Below, one piece after another: positions 9,862-20,450 of a stretch of 64,000 bases of DNA (the stretch's first letter is position 1; each line of letters starts with the position of its first letter). Source of the DNA: an uncultured Trueperaceae bacterium (GTDB taxonomy: Bacteria; Deinococcota; Deinococci; Deinococcales; Trueperaceae); assembly GCA_963799485.1 (NCBI GenBank), contig CAWCXJ010000005.1, positions 170,480 through 234,479 of the forward strand. Reading direction: 5' to 3'. Position numbers and translations under genes: made by a program. The notes under the pieces were generated by a model. That model saw only the letters and a list, made by a program, of their open reading frames with translations. It was not told the origin of the DNA and did no database searches.

Positions 9862-10062
9862 ATGAAGGCTTGAGTCACAGAAAAAGGCGTCACTATTCCT
9901 AAAACGTTGCTCGCGGGTATTGACACCGTTGAAATCCGGAAAGAAAAAAATGTCATTACGGTTGCCCCTCTTGCAGACGACCCGATTTTGGGGCTTGGCA
10001 GTCAACCAGTCGAGGGCAAGGTCACAGACGCCTCAGAAAACCACGACGCTCATCTGTACTAA
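9862..10062 (+). pseudogene. Small AbrB-like antitoxin gene with an in-frame TGA at codon 4
   Basis: Translates MKA*VTEKGVTIPKTLLAGIDTVEIRKEKNVITVAPLADDPILGLGSQPVEGKVTDASENHDAHLY*; TATGCT -10 box 6 nt upstream; absent from the ORF track. Confidence 0.65.
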
Positions 10063-10158
10063 CAGCTTCTGATTTACCGTAGGCGTCGCAGTTTGTGCGT
10101 CACGCAGCTCACCCCGTAATTCAGCCTTGCCGTACCGTTAAACTGGGGTCAGATTTTT

Positions 10159-10758
10159 ATGCGACTGTTTCACTTTAGCGACGACCCTGATATTGATATC
10201 TTCACCCCTCGGCCTGTTCGTATTCCGGTCGAAAGACCCGCTGGCATGGACTGGCTGAACGGCCCACTCGTCTGGGCGATAGACGACGCGCATGGGCCGA
10301 TGTATCTGTTCCCCCGCGAGTGTCCGCGTATTTTGCTATGGGCCACGCCCGAAACAAAACGAGAAGATTACGACGACTGGTGGCGAGGAAGTCACAGCAA
10401 AATCCTGGCTTACGTTGAAACGGCGTGGTTGGAGCGCGTAGAAACTGCAACGATTTACCGTTATGAGCTGCCAACGGCGACCTTTGAAGACCTTGACGAC
10501 GCCGGGATGTGGGTCTCTAAAACCGCCGTAAAACCTTTTGGACTCGAGACCCTCTCAAACCTGCCGCAAGAACATCAATTTCACGATGTTGAACTCCGGG
10601 CGCTCGAGACGCTCTTACCCCTTAAAGGTGTGTGGCAAACCTCGCTTCACGCCAGCGGTATCCGGCTGCGGAACGCTCAATATTGGGGCCAACCGGGATG
10701 GACGCATTCCAAACAGGGTAGAGTCGTTCCCAGCACAAAAGCTGACCGGGCAAGCTGA
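10159..10758 (+). CDS. Conserved hypothetical protein (DUF6886-like)
   Basis: MRLFHFSDDPDI..F.PR, LVWAID, YLFPRECPRI and SGIRLRNA motifs. Confidence 0.75.
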   Translation: MRLFHFSDDPDIDIFTPRPVRIPVERPAGMDWLNGPLVWAIDDAHGPMYLFPRECPRILLWATPETKREDYDDWWRGSHSKILAYVETAWLERVETATIYRYELPTATFEDLDDAGMWVSKTAVKPFGLETLSNLPQEHQFHDVELRALETLLPLKGVWQTSLHASGIRLRNAQYWGQPGWTHSKQGRVVPSTKADRAS

Positions 10759-10858
10759 ACAGCAGTTACGGGCACGGCGACTAAAGCTGTCTTTTACGCG
10801 CAAATCTCAGTCCGCTATTCCGGGTAAACTATAGAAGACGCCCGGAGGGGCTATTTTT

Positions 10859-13800
10859 ATGTCTCGAGCTGTACCTCCTACAACCCAAACGCCCACGCAA
10901 ACAACGTCAAAACGGCTGCTCGGTCTGCCCGCAGTTGCCAGACTCATGCTTTTTACGCGGCAATCCGGCCCAGCGGTCTTGGTTACGACTTCGGAACGGC
11001 TCGAGCTGTTCCAGCAGAGTGGTGTTTTCGGTGAACCTGCCAGCCTCAACCCCACCCTGAGCGACTGGCCCGGCAAACGCGAAAAAGTTGTGCTTGACCT
11101 GAACAGTGCGCTGGCGGCGTTTCCGGTCAATCCCGAACGCTTCGCCCTGACGCTCAAACTCGGGCAGGATTACCCGCGTGAGGCGCTGTTGGCGCAGCTG
11201 GTAAGTTTCGGCTACCCGCGCGACGAACTGCCGGGATTCGTGGTGCGCGGCGACACCGTAACGCTTTACCTGAGCGAAAACGAAGAAGAGGAGTTGCGGC
11301 TCGAGTTTTTCGGTGATGAACTCGACACCCTGACGCTCTTGGGCAAAACGGTCGAAAGCTACGTTCTAGCGCCGCGTGAAGATGCTGAGCTGGGCGACGC
11401 CGAAGACGCCTGGACGAGTCACCTTTTGGAGCATCTCCCCGGCCCGGTCTTTCTGGATTCGTCTGAACTCTTTGCCGGTGAAATCAACTCGGGTGAGCTG
11501 GGCTGGTTTTGGGAACATTTGGGCGGGCGTGAAGTGGTGTCGTTCGGGCGTGACCTACTTTCGCTGCCGGACGAAAAAAGTGTGCTCGAGCCCCTCGGCT
11601 ACTACCGGGGCAAGCTCACGACTTTCGCGCGTGAGGCGAAAACGTGGCTTGAAGGCGGCTACAGCGTCACGCTCCTTTTACGGTTTGAACGTACCGGGCG
11701 GTATCTGCAGGAAAAAGTCCTGGACGGTGTTGAAACAAGCTGGGCGAACAAAGTTGCGGCGCAACCGGGCAAGCTGACCTTTGTTGCCGGGGCCGACACG
11801 CGCGGCGGCTACCGCGACGCTAAAGCCAAAGAAATCATCCTCACTGAAGACTTGCTTTACGGCTATCAGGGAACCAGACCCGGTGGCGTCGGTTCCAGAA
11901 AACTCTCCGGGCGGCGCGTGCAGGACACCGTGCAGCTCTCAGTGGGCGACTACCTGATTCACCCCGACCACGGTATCGGGCGCTTTTTGGGGCTCGAGCC
12001 GCGGCAAGTGTTGGGCGTCACCCGCGACTACCTCATCCTCAAATACGCGGGCGAAGGCAAGCTCTACCTGCCGGTCGAACAGCTGCCGCTTTTACGGCGT
12101 CACCCCGGCACCACCGACGACCCGCCGCGCCTTTCAACGCTAGGCACCAACGAGTGGGCGCGGGCGCGGGAAAAAGCCCGTGTCGGGGCCCAAGAACTCG
12201 CGCTCAAACTCATTCGCACCTACGCCGAACGGCAGGTTCAGGCCGGTCTCTCGATGCCCGCAAACCCCGAATGGGACGCGCTCATCGAAGAGAACTGCCC
12301 TTTTACCCTGACGTCCGACCAGAAGGGCGCGGTGCAGGCGGTGTGGCGCGATATGGGTAAAGAAGTGCCGATGGACAGGTTGATTTCAGGCGATGTGGGT
12401 TTCGGTAAAACTGAAGTCGCCATCCGCGCCGCGCACCGGGCTGTGGGTCACGGCAAACAGGTCGCCATGCTCGTCCCGACGACGGTTTTGGCCTCACAAC
12501 ACTTCGAGACGTATCAGGAAAGGTTCGGGGGGCTGCCGGTAAGGCTCGAGCTCTTATCCCGCTTCTCCTCGGACCGTGAAGCCCGTGACACTATCAAAGG
12601 CCTCAAAGACGGCACCGTTGATATTGTCATCGGCACGCATAGACTTTTGTCCGAAGAGATCACCTTCAAGGATTTAGGACTTTTAATCGTAGACGAAGAG
12701 CACCGCTTCGGCGTCGGGCAAAAAGAGCGGATGAAGGCGATGAAAGCGAACCTCGATGTGCTTTCACTTTCTGCCACACCGATTCCCCGGACGCTCTATA
12801 TGAGCCTCGTGGGTCTGCGCGACGTGTCGCAGATTATGACGCCGCCGGCGGGCCGCCAGCCGATTCAAACCGTCTTGCAACCCTTCGACCCGATGGTCGC
12901 GCGTGAGGCGGTGATGTTTGAACTCGAGCGCGGCGGCAAAACCTTCTACATTCACGACCGCGTGGGTTCGATGGGTTCCAAAGCACTGTGGCTGCAAAAA
13001 CTCGTCCCTGAAGCGCGGATCGGGGTGGCACACGGACAGATGGGCGGCGATGAGCTCGAGGAAGTGATGCTCAACTTTACCGAGGGTGCGTATGACATCT
13101 TGCTCGCTACAACCATCGTCGAATCGGGTTTGGACGTGGCGGGCGCGAACACCTTGGTGATCGAACGCGCCGACAAACTCGGGTTGGCGCAGCTCTATCA
13201 GCTCCGGGGCCGCGTCGGGCGACGCTCGACCGAAGCGTGGGCGTACCTGCTCTATCCGGGCCGCTTGACCGAACAGGCGCAGCGCAGGCTTTACGCCTTG
13301 GCTGAACTCAACGACTTGGGCAGCGGGCACCTGCTAGCCGAAAAAGATATGGAGATTCGCGGCGTCGGCAACCTCTTAGGCCCCGAACAGCACGGCAGTA
13401 TCAGCGCGGTGTCGCTCGAGGTCTACACCGAAATGCTCGCTGAAGAGATTGCCAAACTCAAGGGTGAAGCCGCAACTGAGGCCCGTAAAGCCGTCGCTAT
13501 CGATCTGAACCTAGACGCCCGCCTGAGCCCCTCGTATATCGCCGATGACGACGCCCGTATCGCCTACTACGGCAGGTTGTCCGAAACCGACTCTTTAGCC
13601 GAGGTCGGGCGCGTGCAGCGCGAGTTGCGCGAACGTTACGGGCCGCTGCCGCCTGAAGTCAAGGTATTCACCGAGCTGGTCAAACTGCGGCTGTTAGCGG
13701 CGCAAAAAGGTGTTACGTCGATTTCAGAGCACATGAGCGACGTGCAGCTCTCATTTGAGGGCGAAAGCTTGGACTACGACGCCCGCAAACTCAAAAGCTT

Positions 13801-13915
13801 GCCTTTTACCGCCGAAGCGACGCGCTACCCACCGGGTTTCAGCATCAAAAAGCGTGGGATTAAAGGTGATGAACTGCTGGGCGCAATCAGCGACGTGCTC
13901 TACCTGACCGCTTAG
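10859..13915 (+). CDS. mfd: Transcription-repair coupling factor (short Thermus/Deinococcus-type N-terminus)
   Basis: CarD-like GDYLIHPDHGIG; GDVGFGKTE, DEEHRFG, SATPIPRT and QLRGRVGR motifs; TRCF C-terminus. Confidence 0.97.
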   Translation: MSRAVPPTTQTPTQTTSKRLLGLPAVARLMLFTRQSGPAVLVTTSERLELFQQSGVFGEPASLNPTLSDWPGKREKVVLDLNSALAAFPVNPERFALTLKLGQDYPREALLAQLVSFGYPRDELPGFVVRGDTVTLYLSENEEEELRLEFFGDELDTLTLLGKTVESYVLAPREDAELGDAEDAWTSHLLEHLPGPVFLDSSELFAGEINSGELGWFWEHLGGREVVSFGRDLLSLPDEKSVLEPLGYYRGKLTTFAREAKTWLEGGYSVTLLLRFERTGRYLQEKVLDGVETSWANKVAAQPGKLTFVAGADTRGGYRDAKAKEIILTEDLLYGYQGTRPGGVGSRKLSGRRVQDTVQLSVGDYLIHPDHGIGRFLGLEPRQVLGVTRDYLILKYAGEGKLYLPVEQLPLLRRHPGTTDDPPRLSTLGTNEWARAREKARVGAQELALKLIRTYAERQVQAGLSMPANPEWDALIEENCPFTLTSDQKGAVQAVWRDMGKEVPMDRLISGDVGFGKTEVAIRAAHRAVGHGKQVAMLVPTTVLASQHFETYQERFGGLPVRLELLSRFSSDREARDTIKGLKDGTVDIVIGTHRLLSEEITFKDLGLLIVDEEHRFGVGQKERMKAMKANLDVLSLSATPIPRTLYMSLVGLRDVSQIMTPPAGRQPIQTVLQPFDPMVAREAVMFELERGGKTFYIHDRVGSMGSKALWLQKLVPEARIGVAHGQMGGDELEEVMLNFTEGAYDILLATTIVESGLDVAGANTLVIERADKLGLAQLYQLRGRVGRRSTEAWAYLLYPGRLTEQAQRRLYALAELNDLGSGHLLAEKDMEIRGVGNLLGPEQHGSISAVSLEVYTEMLAEEIAKLKGEAATEARKAVAIDLNLDARLSPSYIADDDARIAYYGRLSETDSLAEVGRVQRELRERYGPLPPEVKVFTELVKLRLLAAQKGVTSISEHMSDVQLSFEGESLDYDARKLKSLPFTAEATRYPPGFSIKKRGIKGDELLGAISDVLYLTA

Positions 13916-13919
13916 CCGT

Positions 13920-13969
13920 GACGAGACACAAAAAAAGAGCAGCACCTGGCTGCCCTTTCTTGTGTCGTC
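13920..13969. terminator. Long hairpin between convergent genes (likely bidirectional terminator)
   Basis: gacgagacacaa...gcagc / gctgc...ttgtgtcgtc inverted arms. Confidence 0.7.
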
Positions 13970-13974
13970 AGGTT

Positions 13975-14475
13975 TTAGAAGTGGTAGTTAATACCCAAGG
14001 AAACGCGCGGCTCAAATTTGAGCGGAACAGTAAGCCCTGAGCCTAGCTCGACATAAAAGCCGAGTTCACGGTTAAAGCGGTACTCGCCGCCCGCAAAAGC
14101 AGCTAGACTGATAGTAGGTGACTCAAACGCAAAGGTGGTACCAAGTCCGAGCGACGGGCCACCGTAAATCTGAATGGCATTTTCGATCTGCGTGATGTCG
14201 AACATCGCGTCAGCGCTAAGGGAGATGTTACCGGTATAGATAACGTCACCTGAAAGGCGAAAACGCAGATCCGGGTTGGTACCGAACAGGTCAACGTTCT
14301 CGAGTCCGTAGTGCAACCCTAAAGGAAGGGGCAGCGAAGCGCCGACAAACTGGGTTGTGTCGAACTCTACGCCCGCTTGCGGCTCGATGTTTACGTTCAA
14401 ATCTACATCGGTCTGGGCAAACGCTACGCCTGTCAGAAGAATCATGCCCGCCATCGTTGCCAGTAGTTTACGCAT
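13975..14475 (-). CDS. Putative outer-membrane beta-barrel protein
   Basis: Signal peptide (VAFA-Q), amphipathic beta strands, C-terminal GINYHF. Confidence 0.75.
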   Translation of the reverse strand: MRKLLATMAGMILLTGVAFAQTDVDLNVNIEPQAGVEFDTTQFVGASLPLPLGLHYGLENVDLFGTNPDLRFRLSGDVIYTGNISLSADAMFDITQIENAIQIYGGPSLGLGTTFAFESPTISLAAFAGGEYRFNRELGFYVELGSGLTVPLKFEPRVSLGINYHF

Positions 14476-14621
14476 ATCTAACCTCCAGAAATCATGTGAA
14501 CAGACTTGAGCTACTGTTCACGTTCATGCGGTTATATCACGGGGTTTTAGCGGGTAACAAGTAGGGGAGACTACAGCTTTTGTGCAAACAAGCTACAATC
14601 TGCTGCCGCGCCGGGTGCAGA

Positions 14622-14972
14622 TCACTCGCTGCCGCTGCGCTCGAGGTACCGCTTACGTGCGTCCCTGACCCGCTGCGACGCCCGGTTACAAGGCGGCAGC
14701 GCCTCGTATTTAGCCAAATATTGCCGTAAAAGCTCGGCTTCTTCGGAACGCGGCACCCGGCTGTAACGGCTCCGCCAATAGACAGCATCCTCAGTGATGC
14801 ACACATTTTTGCCCAGATGCTGACGAATACGGTTCGGCACGTCTTTGGTGGACTGACCGATATAGACGACCTGTTTTTTCGCGTCGGCGAGTTCATACAC
14901 GCCCGGCTCGGCGTCACGTCCGCGTTTGGGTGGGAGCGCGTCTAGTCTGCGCCAGCGTGCGCTGATTGGCAT
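14622..14972 (-). CDS. Small GIY-YIG-like domain protein
   Basis: PGVYEL...VVYIGQS..NRIRQH..E..L..Y...P.CN pattern. Confidence 0.7.
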   Translation of the reverse strand: MPISARWRRLDALPPKRGRDAEPGVYELADAKKQVVYIGQSTKDVPNRIRQHLGKNVCITEDAVYWRSRYSRVPRSEEAELLRQYLAKYEALPPCNRASQRVRDARKRYLERSGSE

Positions 14973-14987
14973 GGATTCTTAACAACC

Positions 14988-16001
14988 TCAGCTTTCGTAG
15001 CCGAGTTCGCGTAAAGATTCCGGGTCTTCACGCCACGATTTGTGCACGGCGACCTCGAGGTCCAAGTACACACCCCGGTTCAGGAAAATCTCGAGCTGCT
15101 TTCTGGCCGTGCGCCCGATTTCCCGGATCATGCTGCCGCCTTTACCCAAAACGATCATCCGGTGATTCGAGCGCTCGACCCAGATTTCTGCCAGGATGTA
15201 AACGAGGTCGTCCGAACCCTCCTCCGGGTCGCGCCACTCCAGCACCTGCACCGCCACCGCGTAAGGGAGTTCCTGGCGCAGGTGCGTCATCGCGCTCTCC
15301 CGGACGATTTCACCGGCCCAGGTTTCGCGGGACTGGTCGCTGCGGATGTTGTCCGGGAAAAAGAAGGGGCCGGGCTGGAGTTCGCTTAAGAGTTCGCTGC
15401 GCAAACGGTAAACCGCTCCTGGGTCGCTCTGGGCGCTCAAGCTGTAGCTGCGGCTTAGCGTCGGCACGAGGTCGCGGTAAAGACTCAGAGCTTCGTCCGG
15501 ATACTTGGCGGCGTCGAGCTTGTTGCCGACCAGGTAAATACGCGTGTCGGGGCTGAGGCTGCGCAGGAGCCGAGCCACGTCCTTGTCTTCGTCTCCGGGT
15601 GGGCGGCGCAAATCGACGAGCCACAAAATCACGTCAACGTCTACTACAGCGTTTCTGACTTCGCGGTTCATGTATTCGCCCAACGCGTCTTTAGGCCGGT
15701 GAAATCCGGGGGTATCGACGAATACGAGCTGCCGGTCGCCTTCGGTAAAGATACCGCGCACACCGCGCCGGGTCGTTTGCGGCTTGGCGGTAATCGGCGC
15801 GACTTTTACGCCCAAAAGCGTGTTTAGAAGCGTAGATTTGCCGACGTTGGGTTTGCCCAAAATGGCGACGAAACCGGAATAGGTTTTGGGTGAATCCACC
15901 TCCAGCATGTCGTTATCTAAGGCTTGCGCCTCTAAAGTTCCTGTCTCTAAGGTCTCTGTTTCTGCAAGCTCGGGCGAGGTGGTCTCTGAAGGTTCAGACA
16001 T
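14988..16001 (-). CDS. era: GTPase Era with an acidic N-terminal extension
   Basis: [19 protein letters not shown] and NKLD motifs; KH domain [11 protein letters not shown]. Confidence 0.97.
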   Translation of the reverse strand: MSEPSETTSPELAETETLETGTLEAQALDNDMLEVDSPKTYSGFVAILGKPNVGKSTLLNTLLGVKVAPITAKPQTTRRGVRGIFTEGDRQLVFVDTPGFHRPKDALGEYMNREVRNAVVDVDVILWLVDLRRPPGDEDKDVARLLRSLSPDTRIYLVGNKLDAAKYPDEALSLYRDLVPTLSRSYSLSAQSDPGAVYRLRSELLSELQPGPFFFPDNIRSDQSRETWAGEIVRESAMTHLRQELPYAVAVQVLEWRDPEEGSDDLVYILAEIWVERSNHRMIVLGKGGSMIREIGRTARKQLEIFLNRGVYLDLEVAVHKSWREDPESLRELGYES

Positions 16002-16325
16002 GTCAAACTCCCTTTTGCCGCGCGCTTTACCGTGCGGCGAGAACGCTCATTATAGCGCCCCCGGTCTTGTGGGATTTGCCTGTGGCCTAATGTCGAACCC
16101 GGTCAGGGGTATGCGGAACCGGCTTCTTTTACTTTGGCGGCGTGCGCTGACGGGTTGTGGTCTCGAGTAAACTGCCTATTAGAGACGAGTTGCCATCTGT
16201 TTACCGCTTCTTTGGCCCCCGGTGCAGCTACGTTGCTACTCGCCGCTCACCTACCCACCGCAGCGTTTCCCGCAAAACCTCACAAAAGGGTGTTCAAAAA
16301 CGCTGAATTGTGCTAACTTTAAGAA

Positions 16326-17111
16326 GTGACCACCGATAATACGCTGGTGCCTGCCGAGCGCCATCAGCATATCCTGCGTCTAGCCTTGGGTGAGCGCATC
16401 GTCCGCATCAAAGACCTCGCGCGGAGTCTGGGCGTCCACGAGATGACGATTCGCCGCGACCTCGACACGCTCGCCGACCAGGGTTTGCTGCAACGCGTTC
16501 ACGGCGGCGCGCGCCTGACGCAGCAAGCAGGCGCAGAAGTTGCCTACACGATGCGCGCGACGCAGCAGTTAGGCGCAAAGGCGCGTATCGCGCAGGCGGC
16601 GCTGTCTCTTGTTCAAGAGGGTGACGCGGTAGGCTTCGACGCCAGCACGACGGCGCTGACCCTCGCGCAGCGACTCGGTCGGGTACAAGTTCAGGCGGTC
16701 GTCACGGGTTTGGACGTTGCCAACGCGCTCGCCGCCGCAAAAGTCCCGTTTACACTGATCGGCGGCACCTTTCACGAACGGGCGCGCTCGTTTGTCGGGA
16801 GCATGGTGACGCAGGGTTTGTCGCGGCTCCACCTCGATACAGTCTTTTTCTCCGCCAAGGGGTTTTCGGTGCAGGCCGGGTTTACCGACGCGCACCTGCC
16901 CGAAGTCGAGGTCAAAGAGCGGCTGATTGCAGCCGGAAGAGAAATTGTGGCGCTCCTCGACAGCTCGAAAGTCGGGCATGAGGCGTTTAGCAAAATCGTC
17001 GGCTTAGAGAAAATCGACGTACTGATTACCGACGCCGAACCGTCCGAAGAACTCCGGGAGGCGCTCGCTGCCGCCGACGTTCGGCTCATCGTCGCTGAGG
17101 AGGAAGGGTGA
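16326..17111 (+). CDS. DeoR/GlpR family transcriptional regulator (probable rhamnose regulator)
   Basis: [27 protein letters not shown]; first gene of the rhamnose operon. Confidence 0.92.
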   Translation: MTTDNTLVPAERHQHILRLALGERIVRIKDLARSLGVHEMTIRRDLDTLADQGLLQRVHGGARLTQQAGAEVAYTMRATQQLGAKARIAQAALSLVQEGDAVGFDASTTALTLAQRLGRVQVQAVVTGLDVANALAAAKVPFTLIGGTFHERARSFVGSMVTQGLSRLHLDTVFFSAKGFSVQAGFTDAHLPEVEVKERLIAAGREIVALLDSSKVGHEAFSKIVGLEKIDVLITDAEPSEELREALAAADVRLIVAEEEG

Positions 17112-18277
17112 ATCAGGCTGTTTTAGAGGCTCTACGCGCGCAAGCTATCGAAACGCCGTCGTGGGGTTACGGCGACACCGGCACCCGTTTCAAGACGTTT
17201 GCGTACCCCGGCGCAGCCCGGAACGTGTGGGAAAAAATCGCGGACGCCGCCGTCATTCATAAACTTACGGGCGTCGCCCCGCGTGTCGCGCTGCATATTC
17301 CGTGGGACAAGGTAGAAGACTGGGCCGAGCTTAAAGATTTTGCCGAAGGTTTAGGCGTCGGTATCGGCGCAATCAACCCGAACGTGTTTCAAGACGAAGC
17401 GTACAAACTCGGGTCGTTAGGACACCCGGACGCCAAGGTGAGGCGGAAGGCTGTGGGGCAGCTGCTGGGGTGCTGTGACGTAATGCGTGAAACCGGTGCG
17501 AAAGACCTCTCGCTCTGGTTTGCCGACGGCACGAATTACGCCGGTCAGGACAGTTTACGGGAACGTAAAGCGCACTTTGAAGAAGGTTTAGCCGAGGTTT
17601 ACGCCGCGCTGCCCGAAGGCGGTCGGATGCTTTTAGAGTACAAACCCTTCGAGCCCGCTTTTTACGCGACAGACATTGCCGACTGGGGCATGGCCTACGC
17701 ACACTGTCTTAAACTCGGGCCGAAAGCCCAAGTTTTAGTGGATTTGGGCCACCACCTGCAGGGCACCAACATCGAGCAGATTGTCGCGTTTTTGCTCTCC
17801 GAAGAAAAACTCGGCGGGTTTCACTTTAACAGCCGCCGTTACGCCGACGACGACCTGATTGTCGGCAGCAAAGACCCCTTTGAGCTGTTTTGTATCTACA
17901 CCGAACTCATCAAGGCCCGTCACGACGACCTGCCCGGAGCCGAGCGCGTCGTCTATATGATCGACCAGAGCCACAACATCGAACCGAAGTTGGAGGCCAT
18001 GCTGCTCTCGGTTCTCAATTGTCAAGAGGCGTATGCCAAAGCGTTGCAGCTGGACTTTACGGCGCTTTCGGAACGGCAGCAGCAAGGAGACGTTCTGGGC
18101 GCACACGAAGTCTTGATGGACGCGTTTAGAACCGACGTGCGGCCTCTTTTACGGGAGTTCCGGGAGACGTCAGGGCTAGACCCCAACCCTATGCAAGCGT
18201 TGAAACAAGGCGGCTACGCGGAGAAAAACGCCTCAGAGCGCGGCACCGCCACCGGTGGCGGCGGCTATCCGAGCTGA
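17108..18277 (+). CDS. rhaI: L-rhamnose isomerase (RhaI type)
   Basis: [33 protein letters not shown] and GGFHFN..YADDDL motifs. Confidence 0.92.
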   Translation: MNQAVLEALRAQAIETPSWGYGDTGTRFKTFAYPGAARNVWEKIADAAVIHKLTGVAPRVALHIPWDKVEDWAELKDFAEGLGVGIGAINPNVFQDEAYKLGSLGHPDAKVRRKAVGQLLGCCDVMRETGAKDLSLWFADGTNYAGQDSLRERKAHFEEGLAEVYAALPEGGRMLLEYKPFEPAFYATDIADWGMAYAHCLKLGPKAQVLVDLGHHLQGTNIEQIVAFLLSEEKLGGFHFNSRRYADDDLIVGSKDPFELFCIYTELIKARHDDLPGAERVVYMIDQSHNIEPKLEAMLLSVLNCQEAYAKALQLDFTALSERQQQGDVLGAHEVLMDAFRTDVRPLLREFRETSGLDPNPMQALKQGGYAEKNASERGTATGGGGYPS

Positions 18278-19017
18278 TGCGCGTCTCGTTATTTATCACC
18301 TGCTACACCGACACGCTTTTTCCCGAAACCGGGCGGGCGGTGGTCGAGGTGTTAGAACGGCTCGGTCACACCGTAGACTTTCCCGAAGCGCAGACGTGTT
18401 GCGGGCAGATGCACGTGAATACCGGGTATCAGCAAGAGGCGCTGCTGCTGGTGCGTCACTTTGCCGAAACGTTTCGGGACGCCGAAGTTATCGTCTCGCC
18501 GTCGGCGTCTTGTGTCGGTTTGGTGCGCGAGCTTTATCCGGAGCTGGCGCGGCGTACCGGAGATGATACGCTCGTCACCGAAGTCGAAGCGCTTTCTCAA
18601 AAAGTCCTCGAGTTTTCCGAGTTTCTGGTCAAACTGGGTGTGTCGGACGTGGGCGCGTACTACCCACACCGCGTCACCTACCATCCGACGTGTCACAGTT
18701 TACGGGGGCTTAAAATCGGCGACGCGCCTATCAAGCTGTTAGAGAACGTACGGGGCCTCGAGCTCGTCCCCTTAGAAAACGCCGCCGAGTGCTGCGGTTT
18801 CGGCGGCACCTTTGCCATCAAAAACGCCGATACCAGCACCGCCATGCTCTCCGACAAGGTGCGCTGCATCCTAAACGGTCGCGCCGAAGTCTGCGCCGCT
18901 GTAGACAATTCGTGCCTGATGCATATCGGCGGGGCGCTCCACCGGGGGCGCACGGGCGTGCGGACGGTTCATCTCGCCGAGATTTTGGCCTCGCGGGAAG
19001 GGGACACGCATGTCTAA
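18277..19017 (+). CDS. lutA: Lactate utilization protein A (CCG-domain Fe-S protein)
   Basis: QTCCGQ, YHPTCH and ECCGFGGTF motifs. Confidence 0.92.
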   Translation: MRVSLFITCYTDTLFPETGRAVVEVLERLGHTVDFPEAQTCCGQMHVNTGYQQEALLLVRHFAETFRDAEVIVSPSASCVGLVRELYPELARRTGDDTLVTEVEALSQKVLEFSEFLVKLGVSDVGAYYPHRVTYHPTCHSLRGLKIGDAPIKLLENVRGLELVPLENAAECCGFGGTFAIKNADTSTAMLSDKVRCILNGRAEVCAAVDNSCLMHIGGALHRGRTGVRTVHLAEILASREGDTHV

Positions 19018-20440
19018 AGTCCCGTTACCGATGCGCTTTGAAAGGGCAGCCAAACGCACCCTCGCCGACACGCAACTCCGCCGTAATCTGGGCAAAGCGA
19101 CCACGACCATCCGGGAAAAACGGGCGGCGGTCGTGTCCGAGCTGCCCGATTGGGAGGCGTTACGGGACGCAGGTGAGGCGATTAAAACGCAGGTCATGGC
19201 AAACTTGGACGGGTATTTGGAAGAGCTCGAGGCCGCCGTAACTCGGGCCGGGGGACACGTTCACTGGGCCAGGGACGCCGCCGAAGCCAACGAGCTGATT
19301 ACGGCGTTGGTCGAACAGCACGGGGCAAATGAAGTTATCAAGGTCAAGTCGATGGCAACGGATGAAATCGGTCTGAACGACGCGCTCGCGCAGGCCGGAG
19401 TTCAGGCCATCGAAACCGACTTAGCCGAACTCATCATCCAGCTCGCCGGTGAAACCTCGTCGCATATTCTGGTGCCTGCCATCCACAAAAACCGCGCCGA
19501 AATCCGTGAACTCTTTATGCGAACGCTGGGCTTACCCGAGTTGTCCGACGAACCTGCAGCGTTAGCAGGCGCAGCGCGGCGCTACTTGCGTGAGAAGTTT
19601 TTAAGCGTCCCGGTCGGGATCAGCGGCGCAAACTTTGCCGTAGCGGCGACCGGCACGGTCGGCGTCGTTGAATCCGAAGGCAACGGGCGGATGTGTTTGA
19701 CGCTGCCCAAAGTCCTGATTTCGGTGATGGGCATCGAAAAACTCCTACCGACGTGGCGCGATTTAGAGGTCTTCTTACAACTTTTGCCGCGTTCCTCGAC
19801 GGGTGAGCGGATGAACCCCTACACCTCATTCTGGACGGGCGTGACACCGGGCGACGGGCCGCAGGAGTTTCACCTCGTGATGCTCGACAACGGACGCACC
19901 CGAGTTTTAGCCGATGAGGTCGGGCGGGCGGCGCTGCACTGTATCCGCTGCAGCGCGTGCTTAAACGTCTGCCCGGTGTACGAACGCGCGGGCGGACACG
20001 CTTACGGCTCGGTCTATCCGGGGCCGATTGGCGCAATCCTGACGCCGCAACTTAAAGGTGTCCAGAACGCCTCGTCGCTGCCGTTTGCGTCGTCACTGTG
20101 CGGTGCGTGCTACGAGGTCTGTCCGGTCAAGATTGATATTCCCAAGATTCTGGTGCATTTACGGGCCGAGGTGGTCGAACGAAAAGAAGGCAAACCGCTG
20201 AGGAGGCTCGAGCCCGAACGCCTAGCTATGATAGCCGCCGCAAAAATCTTCGCCGTCCCAAGCCGGTACGAGCGGGCGCAAAGGTTGGCGCGGACGGCGC
20301 AGGTCCCGTTTGTTCGCAGAGGGTTTTTAGAGCGTTTACCGGGGCCGCTCGCGGGGTGGTCGGCGACGCGCGATTTGAAGGCGGTTCCGAAAGAACCCTT
20401 TAGAGACTGGTGGCGCAAAAGACCGCGTAGTGAGCAATGA
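19010..20440 (+). CDS. lutB: Lactate utilization protein B (Fe-S protein)
   Basis: KSMATDEI, CIRCSACLNVCP and SSLCGACYEVCP motifs. Confidence 0.94.
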   Translation: MSKVPLPMRFERAAKRTLADTQLRRNLGKATTTIREKRAAVVSELPDWEALRDAGEAIKTQVMANLDGYLEELEAAVTRAGGHVHWARDAAEANELITALVEQHGANEVIKVKSMATDEIGLNDALAQAGVQAIETDLAELIIQLAGETSSHILVPAIHKNRAEIRELFMRTLGLPELSDEPAALAGAARRYLREKFLSVPVGISGANFAVAATGTVGVVESEGNGRMCLTLPKVLISVMGIEKLLPTWRDLEVFLQLLPRSSTGERMNPYTSFWTGVTPGDGPQEFHLVMLDNGRTRVLADEVGRAALHCIRCSACLNVCPVYERAGGHAYGSVYPGPIGAILTPQLKGVQNASSLPFASSLCGACYEVCPVKIDIPKILVHLRAEVVERKEGKPLRRLEPERLAMIAAAKIFAVPSRYERAQRLARTAQVPFVRRGFLERLPGPLAGWSATRDLKAVPKEPFRDWWRKRPRSEQ

Positions 20441-20450
20441 GTAACGAGCC

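Noticed and set aside
15916..15965. Degenerate 15-bp repeats in the era 5' region
   Set aside because: Encode a low-complexity acidic tail; nothing suggests a separate function.
16060..16140. Possible SRP RNA or riboswitch between era and deoR
   Set aside because: No recognisable conserved motif or convincing stem.
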